64,000 nucleotides of DNA from Slackia sp. (GCA_030527325.1 JAUNBA010000004.1:59748-123747); one strand, 5' to 3'; counted from the stretch's first letter, positions 32,044 through 42,896 are shown. Notes: a model not told the origin generated them from the sequence alone. Numbers and translations: made by a program.

Positions 32044-33483
32044 ATGGTCGTGGCGGCCGTAGTACTCGCGCTGATCGCTGCGTTGGCGATCGTGCTGGTG
32101 GTGAACGCGGTGCGGCTCAAGCCGACGCCGGTGGTCGATCCGCTGCCGCAGAGCAGCGCGATGGGAACCGACGCGTCGGTGGAGCGTTTCCGCGAGATGC
32201 TGCGCAGCGAAACGGTATGGGGGTCCGGCGATCGCACCGCGTTCGACGAGTTCGTGCCGAAGCTGCGCCGCCTGTATCCGCGCGTGTTCGAGACGTGCGA
32301 GCTGAAGATGATCGACACGTACGGCATCTCGCTTCTGTGGAAGGGCACCGATCGCGCGGCGGCTCCGGTGCTGCTGATGGCCCATCACGATGTGGTCGAG
32401 GCCGACCCTGCGGGGTGGAGTCATGACCCGTTTTCCGCCGACGTGGCCGACGGCAAGATCTACGCCCGCGGCGCGGTCGATACCAAATGCATCTGGGCGG
32501 GCCTCATGGAAGCGGCGGAAACCCTGATGGCGGAGGGCTACACGCCGCCGCGCGATATCTACTTCTTCTCCTCGAACACCGAAGAGGAAGGCGGCGACAC
32601 CGCGCCTCACATGATCGACTACTTGAAGTCGATCGATCGCATTCCGTATATGGTGCTCGACGAAGGCGGCGCGGTCATCGACAACCCGCCTTTGGGCGTG
32701 CAGGGCGAATTCGCGGCGGTCGGCGTCGCGGAAAAGGGCATTTTCAACGCATGCATCGAGACGTGCGCCGACGGCGGTCACGCCTCCACGCCTTCGCTCG
32801 AAGACGCCACGGCCAAGCTGGTAGCGGGCCTCGACGACCTGCAGAAGAACCCGCCGCGCGCAGTGCTTTCGGCGCCTGTGGCCACCATGCTCAAGGAGCT
32901 GGCGGCTCATGGCGGCTTCGGGTTGCGCATCGTCTTCGGCAACCTGTGGCTGTTCCGCCCGCTGGTCGTGCGCATCATGAAGGGCGACCACGAAACGGCG
33001 GCCATGGTGCGCACCACGTACGCGCTTACCCAGCTGGAAGGCAGCAAGGCGCACAACGTCATCCCGCACAAGGCGAAGGCCACGGTGAACGTGCGCATCG
33101 ACCCGGGCGACTCGGTGGGCGGCGCCCTCGCGCGCATCAAACAGCGCTTCGACGAGAAGACGTCCTACGATCTGTTCGAGGTGTGCGAGCCCTCGCCGGT
33201 GTCGCCGTTCGACGGCGACGAGGCCTTCGAGTACCTGCGCCGCGTCATCCATAGCGTGTATCCCAATGCGGGCATCGCGCCGTACGTGCAGACGAGCTGC
33301 TCCGACGCGCGTCATTTCGCGCGCGTCTGCCCGCATACGTACCGCTTCGCCGGCATCCTGTTCCGCGGCGACCAGCGCATGCGCATCCACGGCCAGGACG
33401 AGAACCTCGACGTCGACGCGTTCAAGCGCGGCGTGGGCTTCTACATCGAATTCATCCGCCATCTCGACATGCTGGGGAAGTGA
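32044..33483 (+). CDS. M20/M25/M40 family metallopeptidase with N-terminal TM
   Basis: AHHDVV, YARGAVDTK, EEEGG, LDEGG, GGHAS and IHGQDE motifs. TATAAT at 31948. Confidence 0.92.
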   Translation: MVVAAVVLALIAALAIVLVVNAVRLKPTPVVDPLPQSSAMGTDASVERFREMLRSETVWGSGDRTAFDEFVPKLRRLYPRVFETCELKMIDTYGISLLWKGTDRAAAPVLLMAHHDVVEADPAGWSHDPFSADVADGKIYARGAVDTKCIWAGLMEAAETLMAEGYTPPRDIYFFSSNTEEEGGDTAPHMIDYLKSIDRIPYMVLDEGGAVIDNPPLGVQGEFAAVGVAEKGIFNACIETCADGGHASTPSLEDATAKLVAGLDDLQKNPPRAVLSAPVATMLKELAAHGGFGLRIVFGNLWLFRPLVVRIMKGDHETAAMVRTTYALTQLEGSKAHNVIPHKAKATVNVRIDPGDSVGGALARIKQRFDEKTSYDLFEVCEPSPVSPFDGDEAFEYLRRVIHSVYPNAGIAPYVQTSCSDARHFARVCPHTYRFAGILFRGDQRMRIHGQDENLDVDAFKRGVGFYIEFIRHLDMLGK

Positions 33484-33488
33484 TCGCG

Positions 33489-34862
33489 ATGACCGACAAC
33501 GCCAAGCAAGCCGCCCGCGACGCTCGCGGCGGCAAACGCTTCTTCTTCGGATGGTGGGTGGTGGCCGCGGGCCTGATCATCATGGCCACGTGCTACACCG
33601 CCTTCGTCAACTGCATACCCCTGTTCCAGACGCATATCGTGCGCGACCTGGGGCTTACGGTGGGCCAGTTCAATACGGGCGTGTCGCTGAGCACCGTGGT
33701 GGCCGTGTTCGCCTCGCTGGTCATCGGCAAGCTCACCGACCGCTGCTCTTCGCGCGTGCTGGCATCGTTCACCATTCTGACCAGCTCGGTCGTGCTGGTG
33801 GCGCTGTCGTTCATCACGCAGGTCTGGCAGCTGTACGCGCTGTGCGTGGTGGCGGGCATCGTGGTCGTGGCTGGCACGCGCCTGCTCGTCTCGGTGGTGG
33901 TGTCGAATTGGTTCACGCTCAAGCGCGGCCTGGCCGTGTCCATCGCGCTTTCCGGCTCGGGCGTGGGCGGCGTGGTGCTGTCTTCCGCCACGAGCGCCAT
34001 GATCTCGGCGTGCGGCTGGCGCCCCGCCTTCCTGCTGCTGGCCTTGATCTGCCTGGTGGCGGCCCTGCCGATCTCGCTCATCGTGTTCTATTCGCATCCG
34101 AGCGACAAGGGCCTGGCCCCGTACGGCGCGGGCATGACGGAGCAGGCGAAAGCCGATCGCTCGCCCGACAAGCCCGTCACTGTGTCCGTCGGCTGGGCGG
34201 TGCTGAAGAAAGACGCGGGCTTTTGGACGATGGTCTTCGGCTTCGTCATGATGGGCATCGCCAACGGCGCGTTCATCACCAACGCCGTGGCCAATATGAC
34301 CTCGGTCACCGTGGACGGCGTGGAGATCGTCACGGGCGGCCATTCCGTCATGTGGGCGGGCGCCGTCTGGTCGTTCTACATGGCCATGGTCATCGTGGCC
34401 AAGGTGTCGCTGGGCGCCATCTACGACCGCTTCGGCTTGAAGGTCGGCACCGTGCTCGGCACCGCGGCTTCGACGCTGGCGGCCGTGTTCCTGTGCTTCT
34501 CGGTCACCGATTGGGGTCCCATCATGGCGTGCGTGTTCTTTTCGTTCGCCACATGCATGGGCACGGTGGCGCCTCCCGTGGTGGTGGGCAAGCAGTACGG
34601 CAAGAAGGATTTCGGCACGGTCACGGGCATCGTGACGGCGTTCGAGCTGTTCGGCGCCGCCATCGGATCGGTCGTGTCGGGCCTGATGTTCGACGCGTTT
34701 CTGTCGTTCACCCCGGTGTGGATCATGATGGCGGTCGTTTCGGTGCTCATGGGCGTGGCGCTTTTGGCGTCGGTTCCCGCCGCCCGCAAGCTGGTCGAGC
34801 GCCGTCGTGCGCAGGGCGCTCCTGAAATCGACGACGATGGCAACGAGGTGACGCCCGCTTAG
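33489..34862 (+). CDS. MFS transporter
   Basis: About 12 TMs with motif A-like GKLTDRCSSR and GAIYDRFG. Coupled to the peptidase gene. Confidence 0.9.
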   Translation: MTDNAKQAARDARGGKRFFFGWWVVAAGLIIMATCYTAFVNCIPLFQTHIVRDLGLTVGQFNTGVSLSTVVAVFASLVIGKLTDRCSSRVLASFTILTSSVVLVALSFITQVWQLYALCVVAGIVVVAGTRLLVSVVVSNWFTLKRGLAVSIALSGSGVGGVVLSSATSAMISACGWRPAFLLLALICLVAALPISLIVFYSHPSDKGLAPYGAGMTEQAKADRSPDKPVTVSVGWAVLKKDAGFWTMVFGFVMMGIANGAFITNAVANMTSVTVDGVEIVTGGHSVMWAGAVWSFYMAMVIVAKVSLGAIYDRFGLKVGTVLGTAASTLAAVFLCFSVTDWGPIMACVFFSFATCMGTVAPPVVVGKQYGKKDFGTVTGIVTAFELFGAAIGSVVSGLMFDAFLSFTPVWIMMAVVSVLMGVALLASVPAARKLVERRRAQGAPEIDDDGNEVTPA

Positions 34863-35133
34863 GACATACGGTTCGTTTCGCTGCGGCAGATGCCTCGCCC
34901 GCCGCCCGCCGCGAGGCTTTCCTCCCGCGCGAATCCATACGAGAGCCGCAAAGGCCCCGCTCCCTGTTCGGGCTGCTTCTTTCCGCGAAGGGAAGGAGCA
35001 GCGTCCGGTGGAGCGGGGCCTTCGTTTTTTTGCAGGGGTGCCTGGGGCGGCGCGCCGGCCGGCGTTCGCGCGGAGAGACGCCCGGCGTTCGCGGGGCTCG
35101 CTGCGTGCCTCCGCCCGCCCGCGTGCGGCGGGG

Positions 35134-35889
35134 CTACTTGCGGCCGGTGTGCACGGCGATGATGCCGCCCGCGTAGTTTTTCCAGGAGACGTCCTTGAAG
35201 CCCGCCTCGCGCAGCATGCCCGCGTAGGTTTCCTGGTCGGGGAAGGCCTTGATGGAATCGGCCAGATACACGAAGCTCGGTGTATCGCGGGTGAACAGCC
35301 ACCCCCAGAAGGGAATCATGACCTTCAGGTAGATCTTGTACATGGCGCGCCAGAGGGGGTTCGGCGGCGTGGAGAACTCCAGGCAGGCGAAGGTGCCGCC
35401 CGGCTTGAGCACGCGATGCACCTCGGCGAGCGCCTGCATGCGGTCGGGGATGTTGCGGATGCCGTAGGCCATGGTGACGGCGTCGTAGGAATCATCGGCA
35501 TAAGGTACATGCTGGGCGTCCACCACGTCGAAATCGACCGGCACGCCGTTGTTTTCGCCCGCCTCCATGCGCTTGCGCGCCACGTCCAGCATCTCGGGCA
35601 CGAAATCCGTCAGCTGGATATGGGCGCACGGCGTGCGCTGCGCGGCCATGTAGCTCACGTCGCCCGTGCCGCCCGCCAAGTCGAGCAGGTCGCTTTCGGG
35701 CGTCAGCTTCGCCGCGTCGACTACCTTGCGCAGCCATCCTTTGTACAGCCCGAAGCTCGAGCATGCGTTGAACTTCTTGTACTGCTCGGCGATGGTGCCG
35801 AAGATATGCTGCACGCGCTCTTCGGAAAGCGAGGCGTCCGCCTGCTCGCCGGTGGCCGTGTCTACGCTGTGATGGGTGGTTTCGGTCAT
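35134..35889 (-). CDS. ubiE: UbiE/MenG family menaquinone methyltransferase
   Basis: LDLAGGTGD, YGIRN, RVLKPGG and YLADSIKAFP motifs. Confidence 0.88.
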   Translation of the reverse strand: MTETTHHSVDTATGEQADASLSEERVQHIFGTIAEQYKKFNACSSFGLYKGWLRKVVDAAKLTPESDLLDLAGGTGDVSYMAAQRTPCAHIQLTDFVPEMLDVARKRMEAGENNGVPVDFDVVDAQHVPYADDSYDAVTMAYGIRNIPDRMQALAEVHRVLKPGGTFACLEFSTPPNPLWRAMYKIYLKVMIPFWGWLFTRDTPSFVYLADSIKAFPDQETYAGMLREAGFKDVSWKNYAGGIIAVHTGRK

Positions 35890-36201
35890 GGGTCTTTCCG
35901 TCCGGGTCGTATTCTGCAGCATCCGAGTATGCAACGTTTTCGCGCGTTGCGCCATGCCCGCGCGCCCGATACCGCACGATGGGCATAACAGCGCGCTCGC
36001 CGCCGCGCCGATTCAGCCCGCCCGCGGACGCGGCGCCGCGGCGCGGTTCGCGTGCGGGAACTCCCACGCGAGCTTTCTGCCCGCATGCGGCGCGCGTCCG
36101 CTTGGCCCTCGTGGTTTTCCGTCGGCGGCCGTATGCGGCGATTCGCCGTTTTTGCCCCCGCCTGCGCCCCGCGCCGAAGGCGATGCGCTATCATGTCCGG
36201 C

Positions 36202-37560
36202 ATGCTTTTATGTGCTGAACATATCATCCCCGTCACGCAGCCGCCGATCGACGATGGCGCGGTCTTGGTGCGCGACGGGCGCATCGTTGAAATAGGCGGT
36301 GCCCAACGTATGAAAGCGCGCTATCCCGAAGAGGAGGTGCGCGATTTCGGCCGCAGCGCCATCATGCCGGGTTTCGTCGATTGCCATACGCATCTCGAAT
36401 ACACGGCGTTGCGCGGCATCGTGCATGACGTTCCGTATGCGGAATGGCTCGCTCACGAGCACGCGAAGGCCGATAGGCTCACGCATGACGACCGCTACGA
36501 TTCGGCCCTGCTCGGCGGCATGGAAATGCTCGCCGGCGGCGTCACCACGGTGGCCGATTTCACCAGCACGGGCGCTTCGCGCGAAGCTGTCCGCGACCTG
36601 GGCCTGCGTTCTGTCATCTACCGCAGCGTCGGCGTTCCCGAAAAGGCGAAGGTCGATTCCGCCATGAAGGCCGCGGTGGAAGACATCCAGGACTGGCGCG
36701 GCGATTCCGACCCCGCGCTGACGCGCATCGGCGTGGCCCCCAAGGCGCTGCACGCATGCCACCCCACGGTGTTCAAGCGCGTCAACGAAGTGGCCGCCAA
36801 GCTCGATACGCCGGTCGCCATGCATATGGCGGGCAGCTACGAGGAATACCGCTACATCAAGAACGGCTCGACGCCTTTGTCCGTGCGCGGCATCGAGGGC
36901 GATGACAGCCTGACCGACCGTCCCATGTGGCTTCCCACGGGCGTCACCCCCGTGAACTACGCGCTCAACTGGGGCGCGTTCCACAGCAAGGATGTCTTGG
37001 CCGTGCATTGCGTGCATGTCGACGACCAGGATATCGCCAAGCTGAAGGAATACGACGTGGCCGTGGCCGTGTGCACGCGTTGCAACGCCCAGCTGGGCAT
37101 GGGCCTGGCTCCGCTGCAGGAATTCCTCAAGGCCGGCATCCGCGTGGGCCTCGGCACCGATTCGCCTGCTGCCACCGACACCTCCGACATGTTCACCGAG
37201 ATGCGCCTGGCCACGCTCATCCACCGCGCGGTCGAGCGCTCCAACTTCCTCACGGCGCAGACCATGCTGGAACTCGCCACCATCGGCGGCGCCCGCGCGC
37301 TGCGCATGGAGGACGAAACCGGCAGCCTGGAACCCGGCAAGCGCGCCGACGTCATCGTCGTCGATCTGTCCGGCTCGCGCCAGACGCCCCTGGTCGATCC
37401 CGTCACCGCGGTGGTCACGGGCGCTGCGGCGGCCGACGTGCTGTTCACCATGGTCGAAGGCGTGGTGCGTTATGAGCGCGGCGGCACGTGGAATATCAAT
37501 GTCGAACCCGCCGAGGTGGCTCACCGCGGCATTCAGATTCGTGGAAAGCTGAGAGATTAG
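36202..37560 (+). CDS. Amidohydrolase (MTA/SAH deaminase-like)
   Basis: PGFVDCHTH, LAVHCVH, GLGTDS and GSLEPGKRAD motifs. Confidence 0.88.
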   Translation: MLLCAEHIIPVTQPPIDDGAVLVRDGRIVEIGGAQRMKARYPEEEVRDFGRSAIMPGFVDCHTHLEYTALRGIVHDVPYAEWLAHEHAKADRLTHDDRYDSALLGGMEMLAGGVTTVADFTSTGASREAVRDLGLRSVIYRSVGVPEKAKVDSAMKAAVEDIQDWRGDSDPALTRIGVAPKALHACHPTVFKRVNEVAAKLDTPVAMHMAGSYEEYRYIKNGSTPLSVRGIEGDDSLTDRPMWLPTGVTPVNYALNWGAFHSKDVLAVHCVHVDDQDIAKLKEYDVAVAVCTRCNAQLGMGLAPLQEFLKAGIRVGLGTDSPAATDTSDMFTEMRLATLIHRAVERSNFLTAQTMLELATIGGARALRMEDETGSLEPGKRADVIVVDLSGSRQTPLVDPVTAVVTGAAAADVLFTMVEGVVRYERGGTWNINVEPAEVAHRGIQIRGKLRD

Positions 37561-37561
37561 C

Positions 37562-37765
37562 ATGGCGCAACAGAAAATGACGGCGAAGCAGCGTGCGGCC
37601 CATGTGGAGGCGGCCAAGCGCCGCGAAGAAGCCGAGGCCAAGCGCCGCGCGCGCCAGGCGCGCAACAAGAAGATCTTCACCATCGCGGTGTGCGTCATCT
37701 TGGTGCTCGCCTTGGGCATTCCCACGGTGGCCATCATGGCCATGGGAGGCGCGGGCGTCGCATAG
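37562..37765 (+). CDS. Small basic protein with C-terminal TM
   Basis: Starts 1 nt after the amidohydrolase stop. Arg/Lys-rich N-terminus plus a hydrophobic tail. Confidence 0.7.
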   Translation: MAQQKMTAKQRAAHVEAAKRREEAEAKRRARQARNKKIFTIAVCVILVLALGIPTVAIMAMGGAGVA

Positions 37766-37956
37766 GCCGTCGCGCGTTTATAGCATTTCCGGAAAACCTC
37801 GCATCGCCCGGCGTGCGGGGTTTTTTCGCGTATTATGGCAAGGTTGAAAAGAGGGGAGCGCCGCATCGCCGCGCCGCGCAGGCGCGCGCGGCGCGGGCGC
37901 GGGAGGCCTTGGCCCCGCGCGGGCTCGGCGTTTCTCGGCGGCATGGAGGAGACACT

Positions 37957-39330
37957 ATGGGTTTTCGATCTTCGCTCGCGGCGGCGTTGGGTAAAAGCGC
38001 GCGCTGGGCAGGCGAAACGTTCATGCATCGGAGCGCGGGCAACCTTCCGGGCGTCATCGCCATGAAGGCGTGCCCTTCCGTTTTGGCCGATATCGCGCGC
38101 AAGGCCGATACGGCGGTGGTCGTCACCGGAACGAACGGCAAGACCACGACCACGAACCTGGTGGCCGATTGCTTGGCAACGTCGGGCCGCGCCGTGTATT
38201 GCAACCGCGACGGCAACAACCTCGAATCGGGCGTGGTCACCGCGCTTTTAGTGAGGCCCGAAGCCGCGCAAGACCGCTCGTCGCGCCCGACGGCGTGCTT
38301 CGAGTGCGACGAGATGTACACCAAGTACGTCGTCCCGCGCGTGAAGCCGCGCTACTTCATGCTGCTGAACCTGTTCCGCGACCAGCTCGACCGCGTCGGC
38401 GAGATCGAACACGTGCAAGACGCCATCGTCGCCGCGCTCGAGGGCTCGCCCGATACGGTCTTTCTCTATAACGGCGACGATCCGTTGTGCGCGGGCATCG
38501 CCGATCGCGTGGCGAACCGCTCGCTCGCGTTCGGCATCGAGGGCGATCTGGGCCTGGACGCCGACCGCATCAGCGACAGCCGCTTCTGCCAGAAATGCCA
38601 GACGGCGCTTTCCTACGATTACGTGCATTACGGCCAGCTGGGCGCCTACCGCTGCCCTGCGTGCGGCTGGAAGCGTCCCGAACTGGCGTTTTGCGCGCGC
38701 AACGTGCGCATGGAAGACGACGGATACGTTTTCGAGATCGACGGGCATACCGTGCGCACGGGCCAGTCGGGCGCGTACATGATCTACAACACGCTGGCCG
38801 CCTATGCGGCGTCGAAGGCGTCGGGGCTGGTCGAATTCGACGGCTTCGAGCGCGCGCTTGCGGCGTATCGCCCCTCGAACGGACGCTTGCAGACGTTTTG
38901 CCTGGGCGAGCGCAGCGTCATGACCAACCTGGCCAAAAACCCCACGGGCTTCAACCAGAACATCCGCATCGTGCTCAACGAGGGCGGGCGCGTGCTGGCG
39001 CTGTTCGTCAACGACGCCGAGGCCGACGGCGTCGACGTGTCGTGGTTCTGGGATATCGATTTCGAGCGCTGGTCGGGCATCGAGGGGCTCAAGGCGTTCG
39101 TGGGCGGGTCGCGCGCCAACGACATGCAGGTGCGTCTGAAGTATGCGGGCATCGACGCCCGTCTGGTGGAAAACGCCGCCGACGTGCTGGCGGCAACGGA
39201 CGCTTCGGACGGCAAGGTCTACGTCATCGCCAATTACACCGCGCTGCCGCCGCTGCGTCGCGAACTGGAAGAACTCGAAGCCCGCGCGGGCGCGCAGAAC
39301 GCCTGCGCCGATGAGAAGGAAGGGGCGTAG
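37957..39330 (+). CDS. murT: MurT-type Mur ligase (lipid II amidation, DUF1727)
   Basis: VTGTNGKTTT, NLFRDQLDR, Zn-finger CxxC pairs, LAKNPTG and DVSWFWD motifs. Confidence 0.9.
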   Translation: MGFRSSLAAALGKSARWAGETFMHRSAGNLPGVIAMKACPSVLADIARKADTAVVVTGTNGKTTTTNLVADCLATSGRAVYCNRDGNNLESGVVTALLVRPEAAQDRSSRPTACFECDEMYTKYVVPRVKPRYFMLLNLFRDQLDRVGEIEHVQDAIVAALEGSPDTVFLYNGDDPLCAGIADRVANRSLAFGIEGDLGLDADRISDSRFCQKCQTALSYDYVHYGQLGAYRCPACGWKRPELAFCARNVRMEDDGYVFEIDGHTVRTGQSGAYMIYNTLAAYAASKASGLVEFDGFERALAAYRPSNGRLQTFCLGERSVMTNLAKNPTGFNQNIRIVLNEGGRVLALFVNDAEADGVDVSWFWDIDFERWSGIEGLKAFVGGSRANDMQVRLKYAGIDARLVENAADVLAATDASDGKVYVIANYTALPPLRRELEELEARAGAQNACADEKEGA

Positions 39331-39333
39331 GCC

Positions 39334-40062
39334 GTGAAGCCGCTTACTATCGTGCATTTGTTTCCCGAGCTGCTGAACCTTTACGGGGACGGCGGCAACG
39401 TGATCGCTTTGCGTCGCCGCTGCGAATGGCGCGGCATTCCCGTCGACGTGCGCGAGGTCGGCATGGACGATGCGATGGATTTCGCGCACGCCGACATCGT
39501 GTTCATCGGAGGCGGCGCCGACCGCGAGCAGCTCATCGTGAAAGACGCCATGATGGGGCGCAAGGCCGAGCTGCGTTCGTATGTGGCCGACGGCGGCGTG
39601 CTTCTGGCCGTCTGCGGCGGATACCAGTTCCTCGGCCATCATTACACGATGGGCGACACGGTGGTGGAAGGCCTGGGCATCGTCGATATGGAAACGGTGC
39701 GCGGGGAAGGTCGCCTGATCGGCAACGCGGCCATCGCGACCGACATCTCGGACGTGCCGGTGGTGGGCTTCGAGAACCACGGCGGCCGCACGAATCTCGG
39801 CGCGGGCGTGCAGCCGTTCGGGCGCACGCTCGGCTCGACGCACGGCAACAACGGATCCGACGGCGGAGAAGGCGTGCGGCAGGGCAACCTCATCGGCACG
39901 TATCTGCACGGTCCGCTTCTGCCGAAAAATCCGCACGTGACCGACCATCTCATCGCCCGCGCGCTCGAACGTCGCGGCGATGCGTGCGAGCTGGCGCCGC
40001 TCGACGATGCGGTGGAGCTTGCGGCAAACCGCATCATGGCGCAGCGTATCGGCGTCGCTTAG
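39334..40062 (+). CDS. gatD: GatD/CobQ-like glutamine amidotransferase
   Basis: NLYGDGGN, AVCGGYQ, GFENH and TYLHGPLLPKN motifs. Adjacent to murT. Confidence 0.92.
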   Translation: MKPLTIVHLFPELLNLYGDGGNVIALRRRCEWRGIPVDVREVGMDDAMDFAHADIVFIGGGADREQLIVKDAMMGRKAELRSYVADGGVLLAVCGGYQFLGHHYTMGDTVVEGLGIVDMETVRGEGRLIGNAAIATDISDVPVVGFENHGGRTNLGAGVQPFGRTLGSTHGNNGSDGGEGVRQGNLIGTYLHGPLLPKNPHVTDHLIARALERRGDACELAPLDDAVELAANRIMAQRIGVA

Positions 40063-40104
40063 CGCGTTTTCGTTCGTGGGGCATACGGAACAAAGGGGCA
40101 TTGC

Positions 40105-41433
40105 ATGATCGATACCAGGCAGTACGTCGTCAAGCAGATCGAGGAGCGCGACATACGGTTTTTGCGCTTGTGGTTCGTCGACGTGCCAGGCAATCTGAAG
40201 AACATCGCCATCACGCCGTCCGACGTCGATCTGGCCTTCGACGGCGGCATCGGCTTCAACGGGTCGTCCATCGAGGGGTTGGCTCATCTGCAACGCAGCG
40301 ACATGCTGGCGCATCCCGACGCGTCCACCTTCCAGGTGCTTCCGTGGCGCCCGCGCAATAACGGCGTCGCGCGCATGTTCTGCGACCTGTTGACGCCCGA
40401 CGGCGCTCCCGCGCCCGCCGATTCGCGCCATATCCTCGTGCGCACGCTGAAAAAGGCCGCGGCGGCGGGCTACACGGTCAACGTGGGCGCGTCCATCGAG
40501 TACTTCTGCTTCAAAAGCGCGCAGACGCCCGAGCCCATCGACGCGGGCGGCTATTTCGATCTGGCGCCGCTCGATGCCGCGGCCGATCTGCGCCGCGATA
40601 CGGTGCTGACGCTCGAGCAGATGGGCGTGCCAGTGAAGTATTCCCACCACGAGGCGGCGCCCGCCCAGCAGGAAATCGATCTGCGCTCGTGCGATGCGCT
40701 CGCCGCCGCCGACGCGGTGGTGACGGCGCGCCTGGTGGTCAAGGAGACCGCCCATGCCCAGGGCATGCACGCGAGCTTCATGCCCAAGCCGCTCGAAGGC
40801 TGCGCAGGAAGCGCCATGCATGTGGACCAGCTGCTGTTCGCGCACGACGACGAGAACGCCTTCTTCGATGCCGAGGCCGAAGACGGGCTGTCCGCCGCGG
40901 CGAAAAGCTACATCGCGGGCCTGCTGAAGTACGCATCGCAGTATTGCCTGGTCACCAATCAGTATGTGAATTCCTACAAGCGTTTCGTGCCGGGGGGAGA
41001 CGCGCCCATGCACGCTTCGTGGGGGCACGGCAACCGTTCGGCGATGGTGCGCGTTCCCGCGCGCCGTGCGGGCAGGCACGCTTCCACGCGCGTCGAAAGC
41101 CGCAGCGTCGATTCGGCGGCCAATCCGTATTTGGCCTTCGCAGTGCTCATCGCGGCGGGGTTGAAGGGTATCGAGGAGGGACTCGAGCTTGCGGCGCCGG
41201 TGGAAGGCGACGTGTTCGCGATGACGGCCGCCGAACGCGCCGCGGCGGGCATCGAGCCGTTGCCGACCGATCTCTCGCGCGCGATCGACGCCTTCGAACG
41301 CTCCGAGCTGATGCACGAGGTGCTCGGCGACGAGGTGCATGCGTACCTGGTCGAATCCAAGCGCGCCGAATGGGAGGCGTATCGCAGGCACGTGTCTTCG
41401 TGGGAAATCGACCGCTATCTGCCCGTGCTGTAG
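40105..41433 (+). CDS. Glutamine synthetase family protein
   Basis: FNGSSIEG, HHEAAPAQQEI, FMPKP, NSYKR, NRSAMVRVP and ANPYLAF motifs. Confidence 0.9.
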   Translation: MIDTRQYVVKQIEERDIRFLRLWFVDVPGNLKNIAITPSDVDLAFDGGIGFNGSSIEGLAHLQRSDMLAHPDASTFQVLPWRPRNNGVARMFCDLLTPDGAPAPADSRHILVRTLKKAAAAGYTVNVGASIEYFCFKSAQTPEPIDAGGYFDLAPLDAAADLRRDTVLTLEQMGVPVKYSHHEAAPAQQEIDLRSCDALAAADAVVTARLVVKETAHAQGMHASFMPKPLEGCAGSAMHVDQLLFAHDDENAFFDAEAEDGLSAAAKSYIAGLLKYASQYCLVTNQYVNSYKRFVPGGDAPMHASWGHGNRSAMVRVPARRAGRHASTRVESRSVDSAANPYLAFAVLIAAGLKGIEEGLELAAPVEGDVFAMTAAERAAAGIEPLPTDLSRAIDAFERSELMHEVLGDEVHAYLVESKRAEWEAYRRHVSSWEIDRYLPVL

Positions 41434-41441
41434 GAGGATCC

Positions 41442-42119
41442 ATGCATTCGAAAACGGTCATCGTTTCATGCGGGGGCGTCATCGATCACGAGCGCGCGTC
41501 GGCGCTGTTCTCGTCGATGGACGTCGAGACGCGCATCCTGAAGGTCCCGCCTGAGCAGGCCTTCGACGCCATGCGCGGCGCTTCGTTCGACCTGCTGGTG
41601 CTCGACGACGCCGGCGGCCGTTGCGACGCGGCCCAGGTGGAGCGCGCGCTGGCCCGCGCGGGGCAGGCGGCGCTTCTGATGGTGCTCGACGCCGATCGGC
41701 TCAAGGGCCCTGTGCGCTTTCCCGTGCAGGTGAGCGCGGATTTCGCCTGCACCTACGCTTCGGACGAGGAGATCAAGGCCCGGTGCCGCAGGCTTTTGTG
41801 GCCGGGCGAGATGACCTCCGACGCCGATTTCGTGCATGCGGGCACGCTCACGGTGAATCTGGCGACCTACCAGGTGAAGGTCGCAGGCGAGCCGGTCGAC
41901 CTGACGTTCATGGAATACACGCTGCTCGCGTTTCTCGTGACGCACCCGGGGCGCATCTATTCGCGCGAGGTGCTGCTTTCGCAGGTATGGGGTTTCGACT
42001 ACTACGGCGGCAGCCGCACCGTGGACGTGCACGTGCGCCGTTTGCGAGCCAAGCTCGGACCCGAGGCGGCGCAGCATATCGAGACGGTGCGCGGCGCGGG
42101 GTATCTCTGGTCGAACTGA
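41442..42119 (+). CDS. GlnR-like OmpR-family regulator with atypical receiver
   Basis: wHTH HPGRIYSREVLLSQVWGFDYYGGSRTVDVHVRRLRAKLG closely resembles actinobacterial GlnR. AGGAGG RBS. Follows the GS gene. Confidence 0.8.
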   Translation: MHSKTVIVSCGGVIDHERASALFSSMDVETRILKVPPEQAFDAMRGASFDLLVLDDAGGRCDAAQVERALARAGQAALLMVLDADRLKGPVRFPVQVSADFACTYASDEEIKARCRRLLWPGEMTSDADFVHAGTLTVNLATYQVKVAGEPVDLTFMEYTLLAFLVTHPGRIYSREVLLSQVWGFDYYGGSRTVDVHVRRLRAKLGPEAAQHIETVRGAGYLWSN

Positions 42120-42278
42120 TACGCCGGCCTGCGCGCTTTCGCGCTCGCGCGCGCCGGCGCCCTCGGCGATCGGCCCGGCTTTCGCGTCCCTGTGGGGCTT
42201 GGTTTACGTTTCGCCGCCGTTGCCTGGCGGTATGGTAAGATTGCACGGTTATTCTTCAACAAGTCTGAGAGGTTGCCT

Positions 42279-42896
42279 GTGTTCGGTATAGGTGGATTCG
42301 AGCTCTTCCTCATCCTGCTGTTCGGGTTTTTGATCTTCGGTCCCGATAAGCTTCCCCAGCTGGCCAAAACCATCGGTTTGGCCGTGCAGAAATTCCGCAG
42401 CGCCCAAGCGGAGATGAACAAGGTCGTCAAAACCGAGATTTACGATCCCATGAGCGACAAGCCGGTGAAAAACCCGCTCGACGCCATCGACAAGGAAAAC
42501 AAGCAGAAGGTGGAGAAGAAGGAATCCTTCGCCGAGCGCAAGGCCAAATACGACAAGGAGCGCGAGGACAAGCAGAAGCGCGAGGCCGCCAACGAGGCCG
42601 CCAAAGAGGTGCGCGCCGCCGCTGCCGCCGAAAAGCAGGCGGCGTCCGAGTCCGCCTCGACCGCGCCCGCGAAGACTCCCGCCCAGGTGCACGAAGAGGT
42701 CATGACGGCCCGCAAGGAGGCCACCGCCAAGGTGACCGCCGAGCAGCAGGCCCGCAAAGCCGCCGACAAAGACCTCGCCGATGAAATCTTCGGAGCCAAC
42801 CCCTCCGTGAAAAAAGCCGTCAAGAAGGACACGGCCCCGACCGCTTCCGCCGCTGCCGCCGAGCCGTCCGATTCCGCCGCAAAGGAGAACAACTAA
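42279..42896 (+). CDS. tatB: Twin-arginine translocase TatA/TatB subunit
   Basis: MFGIGGFELFLILLFGFLIFGPDKLP N-terminus. Stop overlaps the tatC start. Confidence 0.85.
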   Translation: MFGIGGFELFLILLFGFLIFGPDKLPQLAKTIGLAVQKFRSAQAEMNKVVKTEIYDPMSDKPVKNPLDAIDKENKQKVEKKESFAERKAKYDKEREDKQKREAANEAAKEVRAAAAAEKQAASESASTAPAKTPAQVHEEVMTARKEATAKVTAEQQARKAADKDLADEIFGANPSVKKAVKKDTAPTASAAAAEPSDSAAKENN

